Positions 28,843-38,350 of a DNA stretch of 54,746 nt are shown here, piece after piece (the stretch's first letter is position 1; every line of letters begins with the position of its first letter). Source of the DNA: a bacterium. GTDB lineage: Bacteria > Hinthialibacterota > Hinthialibacteria > Hinthialibacterales > Hinthialibacteraceae. The DNA lies in the NCBI GenBank assembly GCA_041946805.1, contig JBHGBC010000019.1, forward strand, positions 1-54,746. The letters are read 5' to 3'. Below the pieces are notes generated by a model. The model had not been told where the DNA came from. It ran no database searches and worked only from the letters and a program-made list of their open reading frames with translations. A program made the position numbers and the translations under genes.

Positions 28843-30090
28843 ATGTCCATGGAAACCATCATCGAAGCGGTCCAGCTGGGGAAATGCTACCGGTTGTACG
28901 CGCATCCCTTCCACCGGGTGCGCGAGTTTCTGGGATGGGGCCATGCCCTGCACCGGGAATTTTGGGCCTTGCGCGACGTGTATCTGAACATCGGCCGCGG
29001 GGCGTCATTCGGCATCATCGGGCCGAACGGAGCCGGCAAATCCACCTTGCTCAAACTGCTTTCCGGCATTTCCCAACCCACGGTGGGGACTCTCCAGGTC
29101 AATGGATCCGTGGCTTCCATCCTGGAACTGGGAACCGGCTTTCACCCGGAGTTTTCCGGCCGCAACAACATCTACCTGAACTGCGCCCTGCAAGGCCGCA
29201 CGCGCGAGGAGACCGATGCGTTGCTGCCCGGCATCGTGGCGTTTTCCGAGTTGGAAGATTTCATCGACCAGCCGGTCCGCACCTATTCCACGGGAATGTA
29301 TCTGCGCCTGGCCTTCGCGGTGGCCACCGCCGTGACTCCCGACGTGCTAATCGTGGACGAAGCGCTGGCCGTGGGCGACGAACGCTTCCGCAACAAATGC
29401 CTGGACCGCATGAATGACTTCCACCGCCAGGGGAAAACGATTCTCTTCGTGTCGCACGATCTCGCCACCGTCCGCCATTTCTGCACGCAAGTGGCCCTGA
29501 TGGACCAGGGCGCGCTGGTGGCGGTGGGCCGGCCGGACGAAGTGCTCGACCGGTATCTCGAAATGAGCCACCGGGACAAGATCCCCGCGGGCCGCGCGCC
29601 GGCGGAAAGCCCGCGCTGGGGATCGGGCGAAATCCACGTGGAGCGTGTCGAAATCCAGGACGCCGGCGGCCGCCCCCGCGCGGTGTTCGACACGAACGAG
29701 GCGGTCATCATCGACGCCGAGTTCCGCGTGGCCGCGCCGGTCCAGGGCGTGGTGTTCGGCTACCAATTCTTCCGTTCGGACGGGACCTACGTAAATGGGA
29801 CCAACCATTTCTGGCATCCCCGGCGGATGGCGTTGGATTTTGACCAGCCGGGCCTCCAGGGGATCGTGCGCTGTGAAATCCCCCGCCTGCCGCTGCTGCG
29901 CGGACACTACTATCTGACGCTCTGTTGTTATAATCGGTTCGATGGATTCCCGCAGCCCGTGGATCATTGGGAGCGCGCGGCGTCGTTCACCATCAGCGAC
30001 CGGATGACCGATCAACACGGGATTTTCTACATGGACAGCGACTGGTCGATAAGCGGTCTGGATTCCGTTTCCGAAGGGAAGGTCTCATAA
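28843..30090 (+). CDS. wzt: polysaccharide ABC exporter ATP-binding subunit with Wzt C-terminal domain
   Basis: GPNGAGKST Walker A; YSTGMYLRLAFA; DEALAVGD; RWGSGE-led C-terminal beta-sandwich. Confidence 0.93.
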   Translation: MSMETIIEAVQLGKCYRLYAHPFHRVREFLGWGHALHREFWALRDVYLNIGRGASFGIIGPNGAGKSTLLKLLSGISQPTVGTLQVNGSVASILELGTGFHPEFSGRNNIYLNCALQGRTREETDALLPGIVAFSELEDFIDQPVRTYSTGMYLRLAFAVATAVTPDVLIVDEALAVGDERFRNKCLDRMNDFHRQGKTILFVSHDLATVRHFCTQVALMDQGALVAVGRPDEVLDRYLEMSHRDKIPAGRAPAESPRWGSGEIHVERVEIQDAGGRPRAVFDTNEAVIIDAEFRVAAPVQGVVFGYQFFRSDGTYVNGTNHFWHPRRMALDFDQPGLQGIVRCEIPRLPLLRGHYYLTLCCYNRFDGFPQPVDHWERAASFTISDRMTDQHGIFYMDSDWSISGLDSVSEGKVS

Positions 30091-30094
30091 CATC

Positions 30095-32575
30095 ATGACC
30101 GATCCACGGTTCACCGGCGGCCCGGCGGCGCTCGATCGAGTTTACGGGGAAGGCTACTTTCACGGCAGCGGCAGCGGTTATAGCGCGGAAGGCTATGAGC
30201 ACGATCACGCCGATTGGACTCCCTGGCTGGCCTGGACGCAGCCGCGCATCGGACCGGCGCCGCGATGGCTGGACCTGGGCTGCGCCTACGGCCACTTGAT
30301 CGCGCAGGCCGTGGAGCGGGGGGTGGAGGCCTACGGGGCGGACATCAGTTCCTATGCGCTGCGGCGGCATCCGCCCGCGCGGGGACGGTTGATCCGAAGC
30401 CTGGCGGCCCCGCTGCCGTTTCTCGATTCCCGCTTCGGCGTGGTGTCGGCGTTCGATCTGTTCGAACATCTGGACGATCCGGAACCGGCGCTGCGGGAGA
30501 TCGGCCGGGTTTTGAAGCCGGGCGGTTTCTTGTTGCTGACCACGCCCGATCCGCTTCATTTTCACCGGCCCGAACCGACCCATATTCATGAACGACCGCC
30601 TTCCTACTGGATCGATCTCTTGCGACGGCACGGCTGGCGCGTGGCCTTGCGTTTCGGCCGCTTGCCGTATGAACTCGAAATCCTGGCGTGCCGCGAACCC
30701 GAATCCGGCTGGGAAGCGGCCTGCCGGGAATTTCAATCGCAATCCTCCGCGGCCAACGCCCGGTTCCATATCTCCGGTGAAGATCTGTACGGCGCGGTCC
30801 GTTCTCCCTGGGATGGGCCGGATCTGAACGAAGAGGCGGTGGTCTATCTGCTCAACGCGTCCCGCCGCCCCGCGCGTTTGAGTGTTGCGCTGCGCTCCCG
30901 GCAGTCCTCCCACCCGGACCTCTTTCTGGGCGATTTGAAACTCCGCTACCTGGGCCTGGAGGAATCCGGCGGGGATTTCATCCACCGCTGGAACCCGCTC
31001 ACCATTCCCCCCGCGGGACAGGATTTGCGGATCCTGGCGGGGCCCGAACCGCTCGTGGAGCCCCGGTTCGAGCTCACCGCCGGGCCGGTCGAAAACGAAT
31101 CGTTTCTGTTGGAATTGCCCTTCGATCATTACCAGCGCTACCAGGCGGTGGCCGCCGTGTTGAACCAGCAGGTTGAAACGGGGCATTCCGTGCTGGACGT
31201 GGGCGGCGCGCTCGGGTATTTGGACCTCTTCGCCCCCGGCCAGGCCGTCACCGTCCTGGACCGGGTGTGGGAAGACCGCCCCCACGCGCTCCGGTATGAC
31301 GGCGGGCGCCTGCCCTTCGCGGACCGGTCGTTCGACATCGTGACCGCGGTCGACACCCTGGAGCATGTGCCGCCGGATCAGCGGCCGGGCTTTTTGTCCG
31401 AATTAGCCCGCGCCGCCCGCCAGGCCGTCATTCTCTGCGGCCCTTACGATGAACCGCATGTCGCCGAGGCCGAATCCCTTCTGCGCGATTATCTCCGCGC
31501 CCAGCTGGGGCATCAGGACCGTTTTCTCGAAGAACACGCGCGCTACACGCTGCCCCGGCGCGCCGCCGTGGCCGCGAGCCTCCAGGAGCTGGGTTTCGAA
31601 TTGGCGGAAATTCCCAACGGGTACTTGCCGCGCTGGCTGCTCATGCAGTGCGTGACCTTCGCCTTGGGCCTGGCTCCGGAACTGGACGAAGGCAAGCGGC
31701 GGTTGAACGCCGTTTACAACCGCCATTTCTATGAACCGGACAACCAATATCCCGCGTACCGGATCCTCACGGCCGCCTTTCGCGGCCGCGCGCCCGAATC
31801 ACCGAAGCCGGCCGCCGCATCCATCCGGCTCGAACACGCTTCCACCAATCCGTGGAACCTGGCCGGCTTGATCGCCTCGCTCTCCACCCTGAGCCTGCTT
31901 CGCGAACAACAAGGCTACATGGCCGAACACGAACAACACGTGGCGCGCCTGCTCGTTCATCTGCGGAATTTGGAGGATCAGTTGCGGCAAGAGGCTGGCC
32001 AACGCGAATCGCAGCAGAAGCACGCCCGGAACCTGGATACGCTGGTCAAGGACCAGGCCGGCCAGATCCGTTCCTTGCAGACGCATGCCGACAACCTGAT
32101 CCGCTTAATCGAAGAACAGCAGAAGGAACGGGACTATCTGGAAGACCGCTTTCAAGAACTGCAAAGTCACAACACGGGCCTGCTGGAGCATATCGGCAAC
32201 CTGGAACGATTGAACGAGGAATGGAAAAAACACGCCCGCAACCTCGAACAAATGCTGCAGCAAAAAGAGGGCCTCCTGCGGGAGAAAGAACAAATCCTGC
32301 GCCAGGCCGAGGACGTCCTGCGCGAAAAGGAAGCCCAGTTGATGGGCAAGGCAGCCGCCCTGGCCGTCACCGAGGAAACGCTCCAACAGAAAACCCACCG
32401 CCTCGAGGGAATGGAACAACACCTCCGGAACCTGGAACAGCATATCAAAAATCTGGAAGCCCTGAATGAATCCCATACCCAAGCCCTGACCGCGGTGAAC
32501 GCCCGCGTGGACCGCTTGAGCCGGAGCTTCCTGTATCGCGTCCTGAAAAAACTGCGACTGCTGCCTCCCCTCTAG
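30095..32575 (+). CDS. double class I methyltransferase with C-terminal coiled coil
   Basis: LDLGCAYG...FDLFEHL...LKPGG; second domain LDVGGALG...FDIVTAVDTLEHV; about 190-aa coiled coil; amphipathic basic tail. Confidence 0.88.
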   Translation: MTDPRFTGGPAALDRVYGEGYFHGSGSGYSAEGYEHDHADWTPWLAWTQPRIGPAPRWLDLGCAYGHLIAQAVERGVEAYGADISSYALRRHPPARGRLIRSLAAPLPFLDSRFGVVSAFDLFEHLDDPEPALREIGRVLKPGGFLLLTTPDPLHFHRPEPTHIHERPPSYWIDLLRRHGWRVALRFGRLPYELEILACREPESGWEAACREFQSQSSAANARFHISGEDLYGAVRSPWDGPDLNEEAVVYLLNASRRPARLSVALRSRQSSHPDLFLGDLKLRYLGLEESGGDFIHRWNPLTIPPAGQDLRILAGPEPLVEPRFELTAGPVENESFLLELPFDHYQRYQAVAAVLNQQVETGHSVLDVGGALGYLDLFAPGQAVTVLDRVWEDRPHALRYDGGRLPFADRSFDIVTAVDTLEHVPPDQRPGFLSELARAARQAVILCGPYDEPHVAEAESLLRDYLRAQLGHQDRFLEEHARYTLPRRAAVAASLQELGFELAEIPNGYLPRWLLMQCVTFALGLAPELDEGKRRLNAVYNRHFYEPDNQYPAYRILTAAFRGRAPESPKPAAASIRLEHASTNPWNLAGLIASLSTLSLLREQQGYMAEHEQHVARLLVHLRNLEDQLRQEAGQRESQQKHARNLDTLVKDQAGQIRSLQTHADNLIRLIEEQQKERDYLEDRFQELQSHNTGLLEHIGNLERLNEEWKKHARNLEQMLQQKEGLLREKEQILRQAEDVLREKEAQLMGKAAALAVTEETLQQKTHRLEGMEQHLRNLEQHIKNLEALNESHTQALTAVNARVDRLSRSFLYRVLKKLRLLPPL

Positions 32576-32834
32576 ATTCTGTTGAGTGTTCGTCATGAAT
32601 ATGTTCCATAAATGCAGGATGACCGCGCCAGCGCCCAAGGCGCTTTTCTTCTGGCCCCGGAATAGAGCCAGGACTCAAGGAACCCTGACCCTCTCCCTCT
32701 GGGAGAGGGTCAGGGTGAGGGAATCCCTGCAAGGGCGCTCTATCGGCGATTTCATGCAACCGATTCATCCGTGCCGTTTCGATAATGCGATCCATGTTTG
32801 AGAAACTTTACAGAACCCAGGAACCTCCACCCCC

Positions 32835-34631
32835 ATGAAAATTCTCCAAGTGATCCACGATTTTCTGCCCCGCCATCAGGCCGGTTCGGAACTGTATTGT
32901 TTCCATCTTAGCAAAGCGCAACAAAGCCTCGGCCATGAGGTCCGCCTGTTTTTCGCCGAAATCGACCATCAGCGCCCCGCTTACGCCACCCGCGAAGGAG
33001 TCTACCAGGGACTTCCCTTCCTGGAGATCGTCAACAACCACGCGTACCGGAACTTCGCGGAAACCTATTCCAATCCCCGGGTGGAAGAAGTGTTCGAGCG
33101 GCTCCTGCGGGACTTTCGGCCGGACGTGGTTCATTTTCATCACCTGCTGAGCCTCTCGTTCGGCTGCGCGCGGATCTGCAAAAGCCGGGGGATTCCCGCA
33201 GTCTTCACCTTGCACGATTACTGGCTGACCTGCCCGCGCGGCGGCGGGCAGCGCTTCCGGGGCGAAGGGAAAATCTGCCACGAGGTCGATACCCGCCTGT
33301 GCGCCGAATGCGTGGCGCGCCACGCGTTCCCGTCCTCGCGGGGTTTGCGGGCCCTCAAGCGCGTGTTCGCCTTCCTGGAGGCCGCCGGCGACCCCACCCT
33401 GCTGTCCCTCCTGGAACGGGGCCGGATCGAAACGCTGGATCCCAGCTATGTCACCCGCGGGCGCTGCGGCATCGGGGGCGACGCCCGCGACGTGCTCTTC
33501 GCGCATCCCCCCTCGGCGGTGACCTTCCGCCGCGATGTGGAACCGGGGACCACGCTGGTCTTCGCGGTGGCCATGGATCCCAGCACCTACGAGGCGCCCG
33601 GGGATGGAGTGCGGTTCACGATTCATTGCGAGGAGGCGTTGATCTTCGAGAAATTCCTGCATCCCAAGCAACACCCCGGGGAGCGGGGCTGGCATGAAGC
33701 CGCTGTGGATCTGGGGCCGTTCCGGGGTAAAAAGCGGACGTTCCGCTTCGCCACCGAGGCGCGCCCCACCGGCCGGGCCGATTTTTGCGCGGCGTGCTGG
33801 GCCGAGCCGAAACTGGTGTGCGCCCGGGGAACCGCCTACCAGCCCAGCGCTTCGTCCCGCTTCCGTTCCCTGGCCGAGTCGGTGATCGGCGGCCTGCGGC
33901 GCAATCAGCTTCGCGCCCAGGTGGAACGCCGGAGCGCGGCCCTCCGCGCGCTGTTCGGCGCAGTGGATTTGTTCATCGCCCCCTCCCCCTTCTTGCGGCA
34001 AAAATTCATCGACTACGGTTTGCCGCGCGGGAAGATCGTCTGCTCCGATTACGGCATCGCGTCGCGGGATTTTGGAGAGGCGCCGCGCCAGGCCGAAACG
34101 CCGGTGCGTTTCACCTACATCGGCACGATCGTCGAACACAAAGGTTTGCACGTGCTGATTGAAGCCTTCAACCGGCTGCCTCCCGGATCCGCCCTTCTCA
34201 ACGTGTACGGCGATTTGTCGGAATTCACCGGCTATGTCCGCCGGATCCAGGCCATGATCGCGCATCCCGGCATCACCCTGCGCGGCCGGGCCGAGAACCA
34301 CGAAATCGCCCGCATCCTTTCGGAATCCCACGTGTTGGTGGTGCCTTCCATCTGGTTTGAAAATTCACCGATCACCATCCACGAGGCGTTTCTCGCGCGC
34401 GTGCCGGTGATCACCGCGCGTTTCGGCGGCATGGCGGATCTGGTGCAAGACGGCGTGAACGGCCTGCTGTTCGAGGTGGGCGATCCCGGTTCGCTCTTCC
34501 AGTGCCTCCAACGCTGCGTGGCCGATCCCGCGATGTTGGATACACTCCGGCCCCGCCCCGAATCCGTGAAAACGATCCAGGCCGACGCGGAATGGATGGT
34601 TTCGTTGTACCGCACACTGCGGGGAAAATAG
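32835..34631 (+). CDS. GT4 family glycosyltransferase with inserted domain
   Basis: MKILQVIHDFLP..AGSE; TLHDYW; KGLHVLIEAF; PSIWFENSPITIHEA. Confidence 0.92.
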   Translation: MKILQVIHDFLPRHQAGSELYCFHLSKAQQSLGHEVRLFFAEIDHQRPAYATREGVYQGLPFLEIVNNHAYRNFAETYSNPRVEEVFERLLRDFRPDVVHFHHLLSLSFGCARICKSRGIPAVFTLHDYWLTCPRGGGQRFRGEGKICHEVDTRLCAECVARHAFPSSRGLRALKRVFAFLEAAGDPTLLSLLERGRIETLDPSYVTRGRCGIGGDARDVLFAHPPSAVTFRRDVEPGTTLVFAVAMDPSTYEAPGDGVRFTIHCEEALIFEKFLHPKQHPGERGWHEAAVDLGPFRGKKRTFRFATEARPTGRADFCAACWAEPKLVCARGTAYQPSASSRFRSLAESVIGGLRRNQLRAQVERRSAALRALFGAVDLFIAPSPFLRQKFIDYGLPRGKIVCSDYGIASRDFGEAPRQAETPVRFTYIGTIVEHKGLHVLIEAFNRLPPGSALLNVYGDLSEFTGYVRRIQAMIAHPGITLRGRAENHEIARILSESHVLVVPSIWFENSPITIHEAFLARVPVITARFGGMADLVQDGVNGLLFEVGDPGSLFQCLQRCVADPAMLDTLRPRPESVKTIQADAEWMVSLYRTLRGK

Positions 34632-34741
34632 CGGATTCGGCGGGTCGCGCTTCGCTCGATCCGGCCGGCCTTTGCGATTCGTGTTGCCATGTCAACCCGG
34701 ATGGTTTACAATCGGACTACACTGACCCGGCAGGTGAAACC

Positions 34742-36007
34742 ATGATTCGTTCCAACCGCCGTTCGTTTTTAACCACTAGCGCCACCGGCCTTCTGATCCT
34801 TTTCCAAGGCGCCGAGGCGTCCCCCAATGAACGCGCGCGGCACGCGGTGATCGGCTGCGGAGGCCAAGGCCGCGCCCATGGCCAAGCGTTCGCGCGCCAA
34901 CCCGGCTGCGCGGTCGTGGCGGTGTGCGACGTGGATCCCGCGCGGCGCGCCGAAGCGGTCCAGAATCTTCCGAATCCCGATTCCGTCGCGGCGCACGAGG
35001 ATTACCGCCGGATCCTCGAGGATCCGTCCATCGACACGGTCAGCATCGCCACGCCGGACCACTGGCATACACCCATCGCCCTGGCCGCCATGCAGGCCGG
35101 CAAGCACGTGTATGTCGAAAAGCCCTGCTGCCACACCTTGCACGAGGGCGCGCGGCTGGTGGAAGCCGCGCGGAAATACCAACGCTGCGTCCAGCACGGC
35201 ACCCAAAGCCGGGGCGGCCAGGGCATCCGCGACGCCATCCAATACCTGCGGGAAGGCCACCTGGGCCGGGTGCGCCTGGCCAAGGCGATCAACCACCAGT
35301 TCCGGGGGCCGATCGGCCGGGCTCCGGACGAAGCGCCGCCCGCCGGCGTGAACTACGATCTCTGGCTGGGCCCCGCCCCCCAACGGCCGTTCAGCCGCAA
35401 CCGCTGGCATTACAACTGGCATTGGCATTGGGATTATGGCACCGGCGACCTGGGCAACGACGGCATCCACCAGGTCGATGTCGCCCGCTGGGGCCTGGGC
35501 GCCGAATGGCCCCACGCGGTGACCGCCTCGGGCGGTCAACTCTTTTATGACGACGACCACGAAACGCCCGACACCCAGGTGGTGACCTTCGAATACCCGG
35601 ATTGCTACCTGATGTTCGAAATGCGGCTGTGGACCGATTATCCCCTCGAGGGCCACGACAACGGCGTGATTTTTTATGGCGACAAGGGAATTCTCGAAAT
35701 CGGCCGCAACGGCTGTACGGTGACCTTTATCGGCCAGGAAAAAAAGATGATCGGCGGGGGAATCGATTTGGGCGAACATGTGCGGAATTTCCTGGAATGC
35801 GCCCGCACGGGGGATCCCGGAAAGCTGTTCGCGCCCATTCACGAGGGATACCTCTCGGCGGCGTTGTGCCACCTGGGCAACATCGCCACGCGCGTATCCG
35901 CCCGCTTGGAATACGATCCCCTCTCCCAGACATTGAAAAACCATCCCGGCGCGGACCGCCTGGTGAGCAAATCCTACCGCCAGGGCTACGAACTCCCCGC
36001 GGTGTGA
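34742..36007 (+). CDS. Tat-exported Gfo/Idh/MocA family oxidoreductase
   Basis: NRRSFL Tat signal; IGCGGQG; ATPDHWH; VYVEKP; paralog of 4635..5957. Confidence 0.93.
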   Translation: MIRSNRRSFLTTSATGLLILFQGAEASPNERARHAVIGCGGQGRAHGQAFARQPGCAVVAVCDVDPARRAEAVQNLPNPDSVAAHEDYRRILEDPSIDTVSIATPDHWHTPIALAAMQAGKHVYVEKPCCHTLHEGARLVEAARKYQRCVQHGTQSRGGQGIRDAIQYLREGHLGRVRLAKAINHQFRGPIGRAPDEAPPAGVNYDLWLGPAPQRPFSRNRWHYNWHWHWDYGTGDLGNDGIHQVDVARWGLGAEWPHAVTASGGQLFYDDDHETPDTQVVTFEYPDCYLMFEMRLWTDYPLEGHDNGVIFYGDKGILEIGRNGCTVTFIGQEKKMIGGGIDLGEHVRNFLECARTGDPGKLFAPIHEGYLSAALCHLGNIATRVSARLEYDPLSQTLKNHPGADRLVSKSYRQGYELPAV

Positions 36008-36035
36008 ATCCGCCGGCAGGCGGCCGTCCCCGACT

Positions 36036-36632
36036 TCAAAAATTGGCCCGATACCGGCTTTCTCCCCCCGTGTAAGGCATGTCGCCGCGGCTGACGGGGC
36101 CGTTAGTGGGATCGTAGATCACCACGGTGTCCGCACCCACCAGGCCGCGCGCCCATAACTCGGTTTGAAGTCCCCGGTCGGTGGTCCGGTCGGGTCCCAT
36201 GCTGTTGAGCACCCAGGCCTTGATGTTCAGTTCGGGATTGAACGTTTCATAGCTGCGGTAGTTGTACGATTCGCGCAGCATCTCGTCTTCGTACCCCTCG
36301 GCCGGCAGGGTCTTCAAGAACGGATCCTGCAGATCCACGCTGCCAATATAGGCCACGGGCGTGGTGAGGGGAATGAGCCGGTAGGTGATGGAGTTGTAGC
36401 GCGCGGGCAGCGCGTAGGCGTCAAAGCAGGGGTAGCGGTTGTGATCGATGCGGTAGGCCTCGACCGCTGAACCCAGCGCCCGCATGTCCCCCTTCACCTT
36501 CGCGATCTGGGCGCGCAGCTGGGCATTCAGAAAATTGGGCACCGCGATGGCCGCCAGAACGCCGATAATCGCCACGACGATGAGCAGTTCGATCAAGGTG
36601 AATGCCGTATCACGGTATGCCGAATGGTGCAT
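36036..36632 (-). CDS. type IV pilin / GspG-like prepilin
   Basis: A|FTLIELLIVVAIIGVLAAIAVPNF N-methylation motif; later LTTPVAY, DPF, SMGPD and YDPTNG..SRGD. Confidence 0.9.
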   Translation of the reverse strand: MHHSAYRDTAFTLIELLIVVAIIGVLAAIAVPNFLNAQLRAQIAKVKGDMRALGSAVEAYRIDHNRYPCFDAYALPARYNSITYRLIPLTTPVAYIGSVDLQDPFLKTLPAEGYEDEMLRESYNYRSYETFNPELNIKAWVLNSMGPDRTTDRGLQTELWARGLVGADTVVIYDPTNGPVSRGDMPYTGGESRYRANF

Positions 36633-36778
36633 GGCGAATAACCTGTTGGTGATGTCACATGAATCAATTTATATGTTCCCCCGAAACCGGTCAACGACTC
36701 CTTTCTCCCACTCCGGCGTCTTCTCCCCTCTCCCTTTATGGGGTGATCTATGCTCAATACTTTTCTTAATCTGATGAA

Positions 36779-37100
36779 GTCATCCCCGCGAAAGCGGGGA
36801 TCCAGGTCGTCGCAGGATGGATTACCCCTCAGCGCGTAATCCATCAAAAGTCATTTCCAGCGCCAACGGCGCGCAAGAAGATAACCTAAGGCAACGCCCT
36901 GGGAAAATGTGAAAAGTTACAATTCCCTCTCCCTTTCGGAGAGGCCCAGGATGAGGGGATCCCTTTTGCCGCGCTTTCACGTCTTGGATTGCGCTCTCAC
37001 CCCACTATTTAATCAGCGCCCCTTTCAAGGGGCCGCCTACAGCAGCCCAGGGTTTCAACCCTGAGCTAAGGGCCTGGATCCCCGCTTTCGCGGGGATGGC
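36779..37100. repeat. mosaic REP cluster bounded by inverted family B copies
   Basis: Family B at 36779 and 37074 (opposite orientation); family C at 36816; family A at 36925; CAGCCCAGGGTTTCAACCCTG at about 37043. Confidence 0.8.
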
Positions 37101-37276
37101 ATCCTAATATTACTTCTGGGTAAGGATTAACTTCATGTGAAATGGGCCGGGAGTGAGGGCATTCCATTGGAACGTCCTGCTGAACATGGGCCACGCCGAT
37201 CACTTTATGAACAATTGATCTCGATGAAGCAGGGGCACGCAGCCCCATGCCAATACGGAAGAATTGCGGGCATGCT

Positions 37277-38350
37277 TTACGGAGTTTCACCAGGCGGCGT
37301 TCCCTCGGGTGGCGCCGGCGGCGCGCAGTTCCGGATGGCGCGGTTGGCCTGGGCGGCCTGGAGAAGCAGGATTTCCAGTTGGGAATAATAAGCGTCCGCT
37401 TCCAACGATCCTTTCCGGCTTTTCAATTCTTCGATCTGATTCATCAAGCCCGCGTAGCGCTCCACCAGGTCCGGGGGGACATGGGGTGGAAACACATAAT
37501 CCTTGAGAAAACACCGGGCGGCCGCCTTGCCGTCCCGGCTGGCGGTTGATGATTCCTGCTCATGGGTGGAACCGGCCTCCTCGGATAAAGTCAACGGCAG
37601 CCGCGTCCCCAGGCCGTCGCCGTTGTCGTCCAGAATGGCATGCTCGGTGGCGATCAGGCCCTGCTCCTTGTACCAGGCGCCGGTCAGCGCCGCGGCTTGT
37701 TGGCAGGCCTCGAGCACCGAGATCCGCTCGTCCCGGTCCTGGTCCGCGCCGCCCTCTTCCAGGCCTTTTAGAAAGCCCTCCATGAACTCGGTGGCGTTGC
37801 GTTCGTCCACGCTTTTGGTGGCCGTGCACAAAACGCGCCCCGGACCGCTCCACACGTTGATGAATCCCGCGCTGCTGGAGGTGGAATTGATCAGCACAAT
37901 CCGTCCCGCGGCGATTTTGTTGAGTTGATCGTTGAATTCCTTGGCGGTAATGTCCTTCCCCGGAATCTGAAACCGGGATTCCTCGCGCAGATAGCTCCCG
38001 TGGCCGATGAGGAATACAAACAACTCATCGCTGGCGGATACGATGGCGGATAATGCGGTCAGTTGCTGAAGGATGTTATCCTTGTACGATACGCTGGCAG
38101 TGGCGTCCGGCACGCTGGGCGATTCGGTTAACAGGTGAACATGTTCCCGCGGGTGATTCAGCCGCTCGATGAGAATGTCCCGCAGCCGTTCGCCCCACGC
38201 GGAGAATTTCTGCTCGTATACCTCCGTCCCGCCGCTGCCGCAGAGGATCAACGAATACTTCGCCGCCTCCGCGTAATTGAGGAGGATGCTCCACACCGGC
38301 AGTACCGTGATCCCGATCAAAATAGCTCGTTTCCAGACCGGTCGGATCAT
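37277..38350 (-). CDS. exported caspase/C13 (legumain)-fold protein
   Basis: Signal-like N-terminus; LFVFLIGHG; VLINSTSSSAGF; ADQDRDERISVLEA; ATGA overlap with the upstream gene. Confidence 0.7.
   Translation of the reverse strand: MIRPVWKRAILIGITVLPVWSILLNYAEAAKYSLILCGSGGTEVYEQKFSAWGERLRDILIERLNHPREHVHLLTESPSVPDATASVSYKDNILQQLTALSAIVSASDELFVFLIGHGSYLREESRFQIPGKDITAKEFNDQLNKIAAGRIVLINSTSSSAGFINVWSGPGRVLCTATKSVDERNATEFMEGFLKGLEEGGADQDRDERISVLEACQQAAALTGAWYKEQGLIATEHAILDDNGDGLGTRLPLTLSEEAGSTHEQESSTASRDGKAAARCFLKDYVFPPHVPPDLVERYAGLMNQIEELKSRKGSLEADAYYSQLEILLLQAAQANRAIRNCAPPAPPEGTPPGETP

Noticed and set aside
37150..37220. MBL-like GHADH peptide in an intergenic frame
   Set aside because: Too short, without start or context; probably chance.
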